A DNA stretch of 64,000 nt from Eledone cirrhosa (lineage: Eukaryota). How positions within the stretch are numbered: position 1 is the first letter of the stretch; each line of letters starts with the position of its first letter. Made by a program: the position numbers and the translations under genes. Of this stretch, positions 1 through 13,998 are shown in pieces. The notes under the pieces are model-generated. The model saw only the letters and a list, made by a program, of their open reading frames with translations. It had not been told where the DNA came from and did not search any database. Location of the stretch: the NCBI GenBank assembly GCA_964016885.1, contig OZ024740.1:304296001-304360000 (forward strand), written 5' to 3'.

Positions 1-167
1 TCCTTTATTGATTTAGTTCTTCTAGAGTTGAAAGCTCTGGTTATGGTGATAGGCTTGTGATCATAAAGTCATATGTTCAAATCCTGGACTGCATGGTACA
101 TTATATTCTTAAGCGAGGTGCTTTATTTCATGCTGCCTTTCATATGACTGGGGGCCTCTATCATTAA

Positions 168-2579
168 CCCTTTCGTTACCATATTTCTAACCAAAATACG
201 AAATATGAAATTATTTAAATTTTGTTCAAACATCGCTATAGAAAATGGGTTATTAGCTAATATTCAATTGGGTATACAACAAAATTTTACTATAGAAGAG
301 TTGTGCACATTACTGGATTTATCAGGTGAATTTAAACACACAAAAGACAGGTGTACCATAAAGGTATAAATAAAACGAAAGACTGGAATTTGTCTGAAGA
401 AAACTAGAAAACAAAATACACACACACCATCAACTAGATTAAATAAGCTCTCCCACATACATAGATACGCAGAAATATACAATAATGATTTACAAAAGAA
501 ATTAATCAAAACTCGTCACTCACCTTACAGGTAAATTAAAATTACACATAAAGAAAAATAAAAACGAAGTAAATTTGAAAATATTAATAAAATAAAATCA
601 CACATATATACAAATCAAACAATATTCCTATCATGAAAACTTGTGAAGCACCCTGCACTACATAATGCAACCTTGCAGAATGCACATTGGAAAGTTGTTT
701 CAACAGACCTTCCACTAGGAGCTTTCCTTTTTTGATGAAGGCATTCACGACACTGCTTTTTGCGACCCTCAATCACCCCACCCACCCCCACCCCATATTT
801 ATGGAGATCGGCTGAATTCAGAGGGATATCTCTCTGGCAGGCTTTGTTTTTTTCTCCCTACAGTTATTTATTTTTTTTAGGAATAACCAGCTCTTAATTG
901 TGTTGCTATATCTGCTCGGAACTGCAGATGGTCGCATTGCTTTCGAGCCGGTCCCTATTTGGTATATAGTATAAACACATTAGTAATACTCATATTTACT
1001 ATATACCAAACCAGGTATCGCCACCATTTATTTCCCAATCTGCCAACTGAATAATAAGACATCTGATTCATCCGATCTACACCACCCATGTACCTGTTAT
1101 AATCGAGATTCACAAATGGGGTGCCATTTTCAACCACATGTGGCCGTGCACAGGTAGACAGAAAATTGATCTGCCTCTTATATCTGTATGCGGTTGCTAG
1201 CAAATTTCCTTTCTGCCGTTGAATTATTTCACCTTTTTTTTTTTTAATTTTGCTTTTTTTATATCCAACGGCAGTCCTTTTCTATTAGCGATCACTGTAG
1301 CACATGTACGTGTTGCCACAGTATCTAAATTCTCCGCAAGTTTGACCGAACTGAAAAACCGGTCAAAAAATAATATACGGCTCTGGTTATGGTATGGAAG
1401 TGATAAATTCCAGACCACATCATACCCTAGGCCATGCTGACTTACATAATTGTCTCTTTTGCAAGTATAAAATTCAAATCCAGAGCAGTACCCAGTATTC
1501 GATTCGCAAATCTTCCAAACTTTGAAACCCCATTTTGTGGGCTTTCCTGGCATATATTGTCGAAAACGCACTCGTCCTTTATAGCCCACCATACCCTCAT
1601 CGATAGATAAATATCGACCTCGTTTGTAAACTGTTTTATGTGTTTTGAACACAATCATTGAGGGGTCTTATTTTAAAGAAGGGATCATAGTTTGGTTCTC
1701 CACGTACTGGTGTACTGCTCGTGTCTCTTATATGTAAATATTGCGTCAATTTTAAAAACTGTGTCCTCATCATTATATTTGAGGCATATTCGTCTCCAAA
1801 GGGTTCATCGCTACTCCAGTAATTTGTAATTCTCAGTAGCTTTCTAATGCCCATAATATTTATGGCAAAATAAGCTCTAATTTCATTTAAGCTTGTGGGA
1901 AACCACAAACTATCCTTTTTTTTTTTTCGATTTGTTTACTTTCAGCGTAACGGTTTGTTTCCGCCGTAATGATTTCAGACAAGCTCATAGGAGTAAAAAG
2001 AAATAGTCTAAAGCTTCGCTCTCCTGGGATAGACTGTGACTTGGTCCAGTTTCTTCACAAAAATCACTGAAAGAAACAGTTTTAAAATTTTTACTCCATT
2101 CAGGTGTCAATTCATTTTCTTTATCGCTGTCATCAGAGCTCTCGGATTCACTGTTTTCACTTTCGGAAAATGAAACATCGGATTCATTATCAAATACCAC
2201 GTGCTTTTTTTTTTTTCAGTTATAGAGTTAGATTTTTCAAGGTCTTCAGTGGAAAATCCTTCGAATTCTGACTCGCTGCTTGACTGAATGAAATTGGTAT
2301 CCATTTTTTGTCAGAATTACAAATTTTCAAAACACAACAGGAACAAATTTGGAAAAAAATCTCCCAAAATTCACAATTAAAATAACACGTCGAATGTTGT
2401 CCAAAACTGTAGCTCTATTGTTTACGCAGTATAATCACGTGTTTTCACGAATGTACTAACGAGATTTGCTCTGATATTCTCATTTAAATATGAATGTGAG
2501 TACGGGCGGTTTTGGGCGGCTTGGTCACATGAACCAAAATTTTTTTCGGGCGGCTTTGGACGGTTTGGAAACGAAAGGG
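168..2579 (-). mobile_element. Full-length piggyBac DNA transposon, decayed
   Basis: TTAA at 164-167 and 2580-2583. TIRs CCCTTTCGTTACC (168-180) and GGAAACGAAAGGG (2567-2579) match 12/13. Internal transposase fragments on the - strand. Confidence 0.95.
615..2304 (-). pseudogene. piggyBac (PGBD4-like) transposase pseudogene with several frameshifts
   Basis: Consecutive ORF fragments: acidic N-terminus MDTNFIQSSSESEFEGF; YDPFFKIRPL; LSIDEGM..KPTKWGFKVW; FFDRFF; YNRYMGGVDRMNQ..KWWR. A frame not in the ORF track gives the C-terminal Cys-rich domain CRECLH..ETTFQCAFCKVALC..CFTSFH, with the stop at 615-617. Confidence 0.93.
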
Positions 2580-2810
2580 TTAAAATTCTCAAGAAAATAT
2601 AAGCTGTGTGCTTCATGTCATTTCTAGCAGTAGCTTCATTATCTCTTAGTTTCAATTCACAGTTGGAACCGCTTGTATCATTTAAAAGTTCTTGGAAAAT
2701 GAATGAATATTGCAATTTCCTGTTTCTCTTTTAATGTGCCAATAATCCCACCACACTTTAAAAAAAATTATAGTTAATTTACTTACTGCATTTTATGGCA
2801 CACTAGCATA

Positions 2811-3153
2811 AGGGTCTTTGGAGTAACATTACTTGATAGAGTGCATAGCTTGGAGATCAGAGAGTCACTCCAGGTAGAGCCACTATTTCTCCGAAGTGAG
2901 AGAACGCAGCTCTGATACTATGGGCATGTGGTTAGAATGTCTCAGGAAAAAATCGCTGGACAGATTTTACAGGCAAAAACCAACCGGCAGGAGACCCAGG
3001 AAGATGGTTGGCTAACATCCATGAGCTCGGCTGGTCGCTTGGGAATCCAGCCAGATCAGTTGGAAACAGTTGCTTCTGACAGGACCCGCTGGAAAGAGTG
3101 TTTGAGGACTCTGCCCTCCATGACTTTCTCAGAGATAAGTGGGTGAAGAAGAG
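2811..3153 (+). mobile_element. 3' fragment of an RTE-like LINE (other pieces at ~10222-10345, 26637-26891, 50800-50985, 51880-52300, 58130-58475)
   Basis: Shared sequence GGGTCTTTGGAGTAAC..GGAGATCAGAGAGTCACTCCAGG..CAGTTGCTTCTGACAGGACCC..GAAGAAGAG. It translates to RT C-terminal-like residues (GHVVRM; VEKFKYL at ~58160). The copy at 26637-26891 has a 13-bp TSD AAAGATA(C/T)CAACT. Confidence 0.7.
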
Positions 3154-4341
3154 ACTAACATAAAAAATACTTGTAATTAGTTTAATTCACCTTTGTAAAA
3201 ATATATATTTCAAAGAAAGATATGTACTATTATCAATACATGAATTTAATTTTATTTTTCTCCGTCATCACCATAAGAATAGCTCTGCTCAACATCATTT
3301 GGTGGTTTATTTTTGTGTGTGCTTAGAGGTTTTTTGCTTGTCATTCTCCAGTATGTAACATAGATTTTTAGGTGCTTAAAACTCCTTTTCTGTCATTTAG
3401 TTGTGTGATAGGAAAGCAGCAGTCTCTTAGACTGCTTTCAATGAAAATAGAACCAGTTGAGCTTTGCTGATGTACAGTGAAAGCCAATTTTTTTTTCTGA
3501 ATAGCTACAGCAACAAATGAAAAATCAATGCTGGTTCTTATAGCGATATAATCAGATTTGCCAACTGACTGCTGCTTTAACTGAATTAAACACACACTGT
3601 TTGCACTGAGCTGCAATGGATTATCTAATTCTGTAGCTCTTATTCACACACACACACATTTTTACTGTGTAGTGGCCTAAAATATTGATACGTTTGATTA
3701 CCAGTGCTTATATATGTGTATGTGTGTGTATATATATATGTGAAGGGTATCCAGCTGTAGAAACTAAGCCAGAAACAGTTCTGTGTAAGACACGGTCACT
3801 TGACCCAACTTACCTCAAATGGGACAACCTGTCTAACCCATGCTAGGTGGAAAAATGGACGTTAAATGATGAATGATTGTGTGTGTGTGTGTGTGTACAT
3901 ATGTGTGTGAATCTCTTGCTCTGTTTCTTTGTCTCCTTTCCTTTCTATCTATTTGTTTCTCTCCCTCTTCATTTGTCTGTCTCTCTCTGCTTTCCATCTA
4001 TTTTTCTTTCTCTCTTCATTTCCAACTATATCTACTTTTTTTGCCTATTACTCTTTGAACCTTTCTGCTTTTTCTCCTTTATTAATGTTTCACTAATTTT
4101 CACTTAATAAAAATGTTGCTGTCCCTTACTAAATTACTTTAGTGTATTAACTGATATATGTTTTAAGCCTTTTAATAGCAAATTGTTTCAAACTGCCCTG
4201 CTTCTATGATACAAAGTTTATTTTAGTGTTTATATTTATCTAAAACCCTTCCATAATAGTTTTAAGAGCCTTTTAAGTTATACTCCAAACATTAGCTTAA
4301 TAATGATAAAGTTACAAAATACTTAGTTATTTTCAAAATTA

Positions 4342-5062
4342 CTAGCAGTGTATCCTGGCGTTGCACGGGTAAGAACATTGGTAATAGCACCTCCAATGAG
4401 AAACGTTTATTTGTGAGTGCCTGTTAAAAACTCACGAAAATATACTGACAGGAAACTTGTTTTATTTGGAGAAAATTAAGAAGTTTATTTTCTTTACATA
4501 TTGTCCAGGCATGCAGTTTTTAGGTCTATTGGCGGCCCGCATTCGAAAATACCTTATCCCGTGCAACGCCGGGTACCACTGCTAGTATTATATATTAAAA
4601 TAACAGGTTAAAGTTTAAGCAAAGAATTGCTGCTTTCACTCTTAACGGGATCTTCTGAAACTAAAAAAATCAATCTGTGAACGCAGAAGTAAATATTTCG
4701 AAAAACGTTACAACCAAAGGAAAACAGGAAGATGATACTTTGGTTTGTGAAGATGTTCCCTTGCAATGCACGGAAAATAGCGAACATAATACGTCATCAA
4801 TGTTTGTCATAATGTCGTAATGCAGACAGCCAATCATACAGACAGATATTATAAGGGCGCGGCGAAGATCGATAACTGGCGCCTAACACCCCCTTTAACA
4901 ACAGAAAATTGAAAAATAAAAGCTGCAGTTAATATCTGTAGACCGCAAGGAATATATAAATGCAAGTTTGAAGTGGATCGGAGTAGAAAGGTGGATTTGT
5001 ATACTCTGCAAAAATGAGGGGACACACACAGACAACTACAGTCTTATATATATATGTATAGA
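4342..5062 (-). mobile_element. Non-autonomous Helitron-type element inserted into a piggyBac MITE
   Basis: The minus strand starts TCTATAC(AT)n..GTCTGTGTGTG and ends with the hairpin CCCGTGCAACGCCAGG followed by CTAG. It is inserted between A and T with no TSD. Removing it rejoins a MITE resembling 13155-13405. Confidence 0.75.
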
Positions 5063-5832
5063 TAGTCAGTGTTTTCATTAGAAATCTGGTAACAAAATAG
5101 CTGACGGATTAATATCGAGTGATTATAGACTCCTGTGGACTATATAATTTACAGTTGTATCTTAGTTTTCATTATAGCCTCTTGGACAGGGCACATTTGT
5201 TTGAACCAAAAACTAGGGTGTTTGTAACAACAGTTGGAGACAGGGGCAGAGGTGTAATTAGGGTATGGCAAACATGGGCACCATTTGGACTAGGAACACT
5301 TTCTATTAAAGCCTGATAAGCTATTGCCAGAGAGTGAAAAAAGAAACTTCTTCAGATGTATGATGGTGACTGGAGTATTAAACTATTTATAGAAATCATG
5401 TTTGGGCAAAGGCACAATCTCACTGCTTGCCATAGGCGTTATTTTTCCTAGATATGCCTCTGGGCGGGAGGTAGGTTTATGTGTTATTAAGTCAAATGAG
5501 AAGGAAAGAAGTCAGTCTTCTGCTCTGTGTCCTGTCTTCAGAATATTATTGAACACCTTTGGCCAGTGCTGGATAGGTTTACACTGCAGATGTAGCCATC
5601 AACAAACAACTCAGGTACTGCATTATTGATATGCCATATTTCAGTGTGTTGTGAAATAGTTCTGCAAACTCTGTGCTTTGCAATGATTGGTCATGTGAGA
5701 TGTAGAGATGCTGTCAGGATATATGTTAGATTGTATTGTTGTTTTTTATACTTGTGGTGGGTGGGGAGAGCAAAGACAAATTACTGATTGTTGTGGTAAT
5801 TATGGTTTAAAATAATATTTTTTATTGTTGTA

Positions 5833-5863
<31 letters not shown>

Positions 5864-6902
5864 AGGTGGAGCATTTACCATTGATTTGGTTGGGTGGAGG
5901 TAAAAGATAATAGTGCCGTAAATACAGGCTATTGTAAGAGTAGTCCATATGGCAGCAGTTCTTGCTGTGAAATTTAGCATAAAGTTGTGTGGTTTGTTGT
6001 TTGGTTATTTAGTTTAATTTACAGCCGACCTATGTAAGTTTTGGCATCAACACACACACACATTAGGCATGGTTCTGTCACCTTATACCAAACAACATTG
6101 AGATGGAAAATCTGCTGCAAAATACTTCAGGGAATTACAGCCATGACAAACATTTGTGTGTGGGTGTTGCTATCTCACACGATTTCTCTGTTACTGTCTA
6201 ATTTTCTCTCTCTCTCTTATGTGCCCACGTTTTCTTGCATCAGTCTCTCATGTCTTCAACTTCAACCTCTCATTGTGCAGCTTTTTTCTCCTTTTCTCTC
6301 CACTCTCTATCTCTCGTTTTATTTGCAGGTGTAAATATCTCTCATTTAATGTATATCACTCGTTAGTTAGTCAGTATTTCACATAGATGTATTGTTGCCA
6401 AACAGATGATCTATAGCATTTGTCATAATGCTATTAAATCCAACGAGGTTAACTTTGCCTTTCATCCTTATGGGGTCAATAAAATAAAGCACCAGTTATG
6501 CACTGGGGTAATTGTTGGCCTTGTGCCTAAAGTAGAAACATTATTGTTATTATTATTAACTGAATTGTGGTACCTAAACTTCTGTTACAAGGTATGTGTG
6601 TGTGTAATATAATGGCCGTGTGTCTCTAGTTCTCTGCAGTAATGTGTAGTTTTAGTGCGGAGTACAGGGTATAGCTATGTAATGTAGTAAGTGCAATATT
6701 ATGCTACCTACTGAGGAACAGCAATGTTGCACCTGGCTATAGTTAAGACAACTAGACAATTTGAGCATGCTGAGTGTTGGATGATGTATGAGACTGATAA
6801 ACTGTCTGCAATGTGAGTATGTGTCTTATGAAGTTACAGCAACTAGCTTTTATCTCTCTCTCTCACTCCCATATATTTTATCTCATTATCTCTCTATCTA
6901 TC

Positions 6903-6937
<35 letters not shown>

Positions 6938-6972
6938 ATCTGTCTATTTATTTGTCCCCTATATATATTCTT

Positions 6973-7012
<40 letters not shown>

Positions 7013-10000
7013 TCTCTATCCTTCTTTGTCCATCTCTGTAGGTTTGTCTCTTGTATATTTGTTTCTTTTCCACTCTTGTTCTTGCTTGATCCCCTTTACC
7101 ATCTTCTCAATATTCTCTCTCACTAGCTCTCTACTTATCTATTTCTCTTTACACCTCTCTACTCTTCTCTCTTTTTCTCTTTCTCCTGCCTTCTCACTCT
7201 GTTCATTTTACCTTTGTTTATTTCTTTAATTTGTATCTTTCTGACTCAACATATTTTGTAATTTTTATTCAACAGCATCTTTATAGAGAGCTTTCAACAC
7301 ACATACATTGCATGCACATGCACACACGCATATTCTCTCCTTGTTTTGCTCCCCTGTCTCTGAAACACTGTTTATGCTACAATTGTTAAAACTGATCTGC
7401 TGTACTGTATAAACCATTGTTGCATTCCGGCTTAATGCTACAGTTAAAATGTTGACATTAGGAGAGACACATCAACTGGCAATGACTTGCTCCATTGGTT
7501 TTTGTAAATATCTGCAGGGGGAGGAGAGCAATATCTGGATCACTAATATCAGATGCTTATTACTCATAACACTGACTAAGCATCTATAAAAGCTTTCCAC
7601 TCTCATTCACTTAGTTTCATTTTACAAGTGTGTCTAATTATGATATGCAGTGACCAGCTGGATGTTCTTGACCCAAGTTTATGGCTGGCTAAATGAAGCC
7701 AAACTTTCTGCATGATAAAACTGACGGAACCTTGGTGTGTTAGAAATAGCAGCCAAATTTCTCAAATCAGAATTCTTATCTTTCAAAGAAGGGTGGATAT
7801 AATGGAAAAGGTAGTCTAAGATAAACTGTCTGTAAATACTGGATGATTATTGTGAGATTGTCTTTGACCGTAAGTCTACTCAATGGGGACTGATCTGGGG
7901 CTAAACAACAACATAAGCATAGTCTTACATATTGTATGATATCGGAAACAGAATGAGTCTATCTGATAATTTTAGTTATTAGTAATGATATTCATGGCAG
8001 AGCCGTTAGAACGTCAGATAGAATGCTTTGTGATATTCATTTTGGCTCTCTGCTCTCTGAGTTCAAATCCTGCCAAAGTCTACTTTGCCTTTCATCCTTT
8101 CGAGGTCCATAAAAAAGTACCAGTTTAGCACTGGGGTCGATTTTTCCCTCTATATCTCTTTCTCACCTCACTTCCTCTCTGTCACTTTCAATCCCTCTCT
8201 GGAAGAAATCTGCTGTACACAGGCCTAGGGAGAGAGATAGGCTCCGCTAGGTTTTAAAAATGCCTAAGAAACATTGTATGTCAATACAGTACCTTTACAA
8301 CTCCATCAGGAGTTACGGGACCATACCATACCATTGATGTTCAGGAGGTTGTTAAATTAGTAAAAAGAGTGCTGATAATCTACATAAACTTTAGAATAAG
8401 AGAGATACAGAAGTATATTATCACATTGTTATTTTATGCTTATTTTCCATGCTTTGGGGGAAAAAACTATTTAGGTTAACAGACTTTTAACAAGAGGCAG
8501 TATCTGTCTGGCAGGATTTGTCTGCAAATATTTTCTACTTTAATATGATCTATGAGGTTTAGTGCTTATCTCAAATGTGTGTAGTGGATGTTATGACAAT
8601 TTCAGATAGTAAAGGGATTATCTATGATTCTAAGTATTGTTTTATGTCTGATGCAAGCCTCTTAAACTCTGCAATCAACTTATCCATGTCAATAAATAGT
8701 AATCTGGTTCTCTGGATAACTTCAGGATCATTATAATGACATTTTGTGCTTGTAGCATGGCCATGAGTTTTGTTTTATTGAAACTGTAAAGTGGTTGTGT
8801 AGGTGTCACGATAAAAAGCACCCAGTCCACCCTGTAAAATGGTTTTGTGGGTGTCATGATAAAAAAAAAAGCACCCAGTACACACTGTAAAGTGGTCGTA
8901 TAGGTGTCATGACAAAAAGCACCCAGAACACTGTAAATGTAGTTGGCATAAGGAAGGACATCCAACTTTAAAAACAAAGCCAAAATCAGTTCTGTATTAA
9001 CAACAAAACATGTTCATCTCACAACGGGACAACTTGTTTCACCCACACTAGCATGGAAAGATGGACATTAAATGTTGATGATGATGAAACGGGTAGTGAA
9101 TCAGTCTCCTTCAAAGTTTCTGTTTTCACCTGCTGTTATTGATATTTTAGTCAGGGTCTTGGTTTCTTGTACCACTAAACAATTGTGAGTAGAATATTTC
9201 AACTTAGCAACTAAGTTCCCTCCATTCTATGGATATGCTCAATCCAGTGGAGGTTTTGTTATCTTCCATATCAGGGAGCTTAACTTTCTCTAGGATGGTG
9301 TTCATCTCCTGTCCCAGGTGTCTCAACATGAACACATTCAGTTTTTTTTTACCTACCTGTGTTATGTCATCCATGTTTGTGTAATAGAATAGATTGTACT
9401 ATTGCTCATTATACTTTATATTTCATTTGGCTTGTCATGTGTGTTGTTTCAGTGACTCTCTTTACTTCCTGATTGTCAAACTGGTCTTGCTCACCCTGCG
9501 ATCTAGTTTGTCACTGAGCTTTCTGTCATTACTGGTTGTGCTGCCCAGATAAGTGAAGTAGGTTGCATCAACCAGTTCCTACCTACCCTTCAATAATGAT
9601 GAACCCAGGATATGCCACTTGGTTTCTGGGTGTTCATGTTCAAGCTGACTTTTGAGGCTGCTTCATCAAAAGTGTTCACTAATATTTACATATCCTCTGT
9701 ATCATAATAGACAAGGGAGCAATAATTGGCTGACAACACTTCTCTCACTAACATCTATGGCCTTTTTGGTTTTCAATTTGAGATGTGCCTCCTTGAACAG
9801 GCTAGCATTTATGTTTTGTTTTTATATGTATATATGTGTGTATTCCAGTTGAGTTGCTGAATACCTCTTCAAACATTGCTGAAAAATAAAGAGAAAATAA
9901 CATTGGTACTAGCATATTACACTGCTATACTCCCACTGTTATATCAAACTGTTCAGAAGGGAATTTTACTTGCAGCATGGCTTGAGCCCTCATTTCAGCA

Positions 10001-10189
10001 TGTAAGGATTCTATTATACATGTAAACTATTACAGATATATCCTTATTTTTTTAACTGCAGGTGAAGAAAATACAAGTTACTCTCCACCCCTCCTTAGCT
10101 TCTTTGGGGTTAACAGGTTATATATAACAAACAAGCAATTTATATCATCATCATCATTTTAAGTCCACTTTTCCCTGCTTTCAAGGGTG

Positions 10190-10220
<31 letters not shown>

Positions 10221-11001
10221 TCACTCACTTGGGGATCCAGCTGGATCAGTTGGAGATAGTTGCTTTTGACAGGACCCGCTGGAAGGAGTGTTTAAGGACT
10301 CTGTCCCCACTGACCTCTAAGGAGTAAGTGGGCAAAGAGAAGAGAAGGTATAAACAAACAGTTTATTTATATATATAAATAAACTGAGATATTGTGGGTA
10401 ACTACAATTAGTATAGTTAATCTGAGGTTTGAATAGTTAGAGGCTATTGTAATTGAGTAACACTTGGAAGAGAAAAATATTTTGATTAAGAACTGTATAT
10501 ACAGTGTATAAGTATTAAGAAACATAGTTGGAACATTGTAATGTTATGGAAGCTATATAGATGGCAATGAATCAAGAATTACCCATGGTTTTCTTCTGAA
10601 TTTGGTCTAGTATGCTAATTATTGAAGGAATTGCACCATCCAGATGGTAAAACAATTCTTCCTTTTTTGGTATTTTTGCATATTGTAGACTTGCTCAGGG
10701 TTGAACTATTTATTTTTGGCTTAGAAAATAGCAACTAAGCAGTTATGTAATTCTTATTCCACCTGTAGACATAAACTTTAGTCTTGCAGTAGGGAGGTAT
10801 TTTAAAATAATTATTAATTATTAGATATGATTTAATTACTTTGTCACTTAACTACGGGTTTCTTGTGTGTGGTTTAAACTTGTAAGACAATTCTCAATGG
10901 TTTATATATAATTAAAAGTTATTTGCTATTAACTTGATCTATGCTGCGAATATTTGTTAAGCTTACAGAATTATTGAAGTTGTTATATTACTTGCATTAA
11001 A

Positions 11002-11192
11002 CCCTTTCATGTCCACATTTCTAATGAAACACTAAATTATTAATTATTTCATTACTAAGGTAGTAACCTAATGTAAGGTTCTTATATAAAATTATGTTGG
11101 ACATTTTTAAAATTTAAATTGGAAACTTTTAAAATGGGTGATTTTATTTCAAAGAACCAGAGCTGGTTTTGGCTGGGTTGGTATCTAAAGGG
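11002..11192. mobile_element. piggyBac-derived MITE, family A (copies at 13155-13405, 32145-32401, 34394-34622, partial ~26905-27074 and split ~4165-5100)
   Basis: TTAA(A)-CCCTTT...AAAGGG-TTAA termini. The interior is the reverse complement of 34394-34622. Confidence 0.8.
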
Positions 11193-11974
11193 TTAATCAG
11201 TCCAGGGTGAAATGTAAATCAACTCCAGCAGGATTGTTTCTAAAAAATATGAGGCACTAGAATTATAAATTTAAGCATGTATTTCAACTAGACCTGCAGC
11301 CTACCAGTTTTTCTTTGTTTTTTTTTGTTACCCTTGTTCTTTCCATTTTAACTACAGCATGTTGTTAACTACACCAAGGAAACGTGTTTTAAATGATTCC
11401 AGACTGAAAATTTGCTCTAAATTTTTCTTAAGCAAAGATACAAATACACCAGTCAGGAATAATGAACACAATCATACTGACTCACTTAAAATATATTTCT
11501 AAGCGAATGTGGCTTGTGGTTATCTCTGTCAGAAAATGATTAAGTCCTACTGATTTGCTTATCAGATGAATTTTTTTTGTATAATGTGAATGATAGGATT
11601 TCATTGAATTTATCTTGTCTTGCCTTTGATAACCAAGCTGTTAGCTTTCCATGGAAAATGTTTAAAAGTATTGCCAATACTTAGCTGGTTGCTGTTCATT
11701 ATATCGGATTGGCAGTATCGCTAGAGGGTTGGACGCCATGCTTTCTAGCATAGAGTTACGCCCCTTTACGGTCTGAGTTTAAATCCCGCTTACGGGGTCG
11801 ATAAAATAATGCACTGGGATAATTGCTGGCCTTGTGCCAAAAATAGAAAGAATTATATCTATTTGCTTTTCTTCCTCTTGAAGTGTTACTGGTTTCACTG
11901 AGAGAATATTGCTGAACACTGAGCCCTGTATGTTTTAGTCAGGGTAATAATTTTCTGTTTAGAAGATATATAAT

Positions 11975-12103
11975 TGTTTCTATTTTAGGCACAAGGCCAG
12001 CAATTACCCAGTACATTACTGGTACTTTATTTTATCAACCCCGTAAGGATGAAAGGCAAAGTTAACCTCGGCGGGATTTGAACTCAGATCATAAAGGATC
12101 TGA
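11975..12103 (-). mobile_element. 5'-truncated tRNA-derived SINE with an 18-bp TSD
   Basis: TSD GTTTAGAAGATATATAAT at 11957-11974 and 12104-12121. The body matches 51503-51714. Confidence 0.8.
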
Positions 12104-13681
12104 GTTTAGAAGATATATAATGATTTCTAATTTAGGCACAAGACCTGAAATATTGTTTAATCAAAGAGGGGGAGAAAGAGAGGAAGGTGTCATCAAACCA
12201 GTCACCTAGCCCTAATGTTATGGGTAAAGACAGGGTCGATTATATTTACTCCAGCATATGACAGCCTCAACAGGGATTTGAATTCAGAACATAATGATCC
12301 AGAATAAATACCACAGAACATTTTATCCGACCTTCCAGTGATTCCACCAAATCTACCGCCTTTTTAGAAGATAATAATGAATACCAACATAATCTATTTG
12401 ATATGGCTTCATTAAAGTTAGGTAACCTAAGTAGCATTATAATGTCAAACTCCCGAAAGGCTGTGAGCAGAGTTCAAATTTCCATATTCATTGCTGCTGA
12501 AATCGCTCTATTCACACAGGAAGAAATGTACTAATTTCATTTTCTAAATTTAGCAACAAAAGGTTTCTCACTATGTGTGAAAGGCAGACCAACGATGTAG
12601 CTACATGGAAGTGGGCATGGAATTTGGAAATTCTGGAGAGGAATTAGATAAATATGATCTGTTAGATATGTAATGTTGACTTGCATTAAAAGCATCAGTT
12701 TGTGGGATGGTGGGTGAGGTGATAGCTGTTGGTTTAGATGTATGGTGCAAATCGGTGGTGGTGCTGGATGAAAAATTAAAATTTTCTGTGTGTGTACATG
12801 CCTTTGAGGAAGATAGGAAGATGTGGTACAGTCAGATAGAACTCAGGCTGCTGGGTTTCAGAGAAATAATAAATAACCAAGACAAAATTGACCCCAGTAC
12901 TGGACGAGTACTTTTTTTTATCAACCTCAAAGGGATGACCTGTGGATATGAACTCAGAGGAAGAATCGACACCAGTACTGGACTGATCCCTTTTTTTTTT
13001 TTTTTTTTTTTTTTTAACCTCGAAAGGATGACCTGTCAGATATGAACTCAGAGGAAGAATCAAACCCATGCCAAATGGAAACACACATATTCAAATATAT
13101 CAATTCTGTTTACATAATGATTCTATGTGGCCACATTCCAAATAGTTGGGTTAACCCTCAATACTAAACCACATTAAACTGCCCTTGATTCTCTGGCACA
13201 AAACTGTTTTAAAGAGTTTATATTTATCTAAAAACTTTTCATCATAATTCTATGTGAGAAACTTTAAGTTATGTCACAAACACCAACTTTATGATTATAT
13301 TTATTACTAAATTTCAAGTGCTTGATTTTTTTTTCCTAAAATAATTATATAATTATTTTCAAATGATAATCAGTGCCTTTCATTAAAAATATGGAGATGA
13401 AAGGGCTAAGCTATATTCAGAGTCAAAGAATCTTGGTCAGCTACTTTGTATGTCCCATCTATGCTAATGTACGATTATTGATTGATTTATTTATTAGATT
13501 TGAAACAAGATCTCTAGACATTAATACTCTTTTCAAGGGCATCATCATCACAAGTGAAGTGATAATAGTTTCAACTATTTATTCACACAGTTTGTTTGAA
13601 ACTCGACTTATTGGGAAATTTCCTTTTACCCTATGCTACTTACAACAATGTTTATACTTGAATTTATTTCCCCTCCAACTA

Positions 13682-13998
13682 GAGGCAGCAACTCCATCTA
13701 TACATAGCGCCTGACTCTAGATAGAACATACAGTCTTCTAATTCTACAGAGACAACAGCTCCATCTATACATAGTACCTGACTAGAAAAGACAGTCTTCT
13801 AATTCTACAGAGAAAATAGCTCTATCTATCTATACACAGCACCTGACTCTTCTAATTCTACAACCAGAGACAACAGCTCTATCTATACATAGTACTTGAC
13901 TCTAGATAGAACATAGTCTTCTAATTCTATAGAGACAACAGCTCCATCTATACTTGGCACCTGACTCTAGATAGAACATACAGTCTTCTAATTCTACA
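13682..13998. repeat. Tandem minisatellite, about 5 units of ~57-67 bp
   Basis: Unit GAGACAACAGCTCCATCTATACATAGCACCTGACTCTAGATAGAACATACAGTCTTCTAATTCTACA repeated with indels. Confidence 0.9.

Noticed and set aside
13682-13998. CRISPR-like array
   Set aside because: Whole units repeat with no unique spacers, there are no cas genes and the context is eukaryotic. It is a minisatellite.
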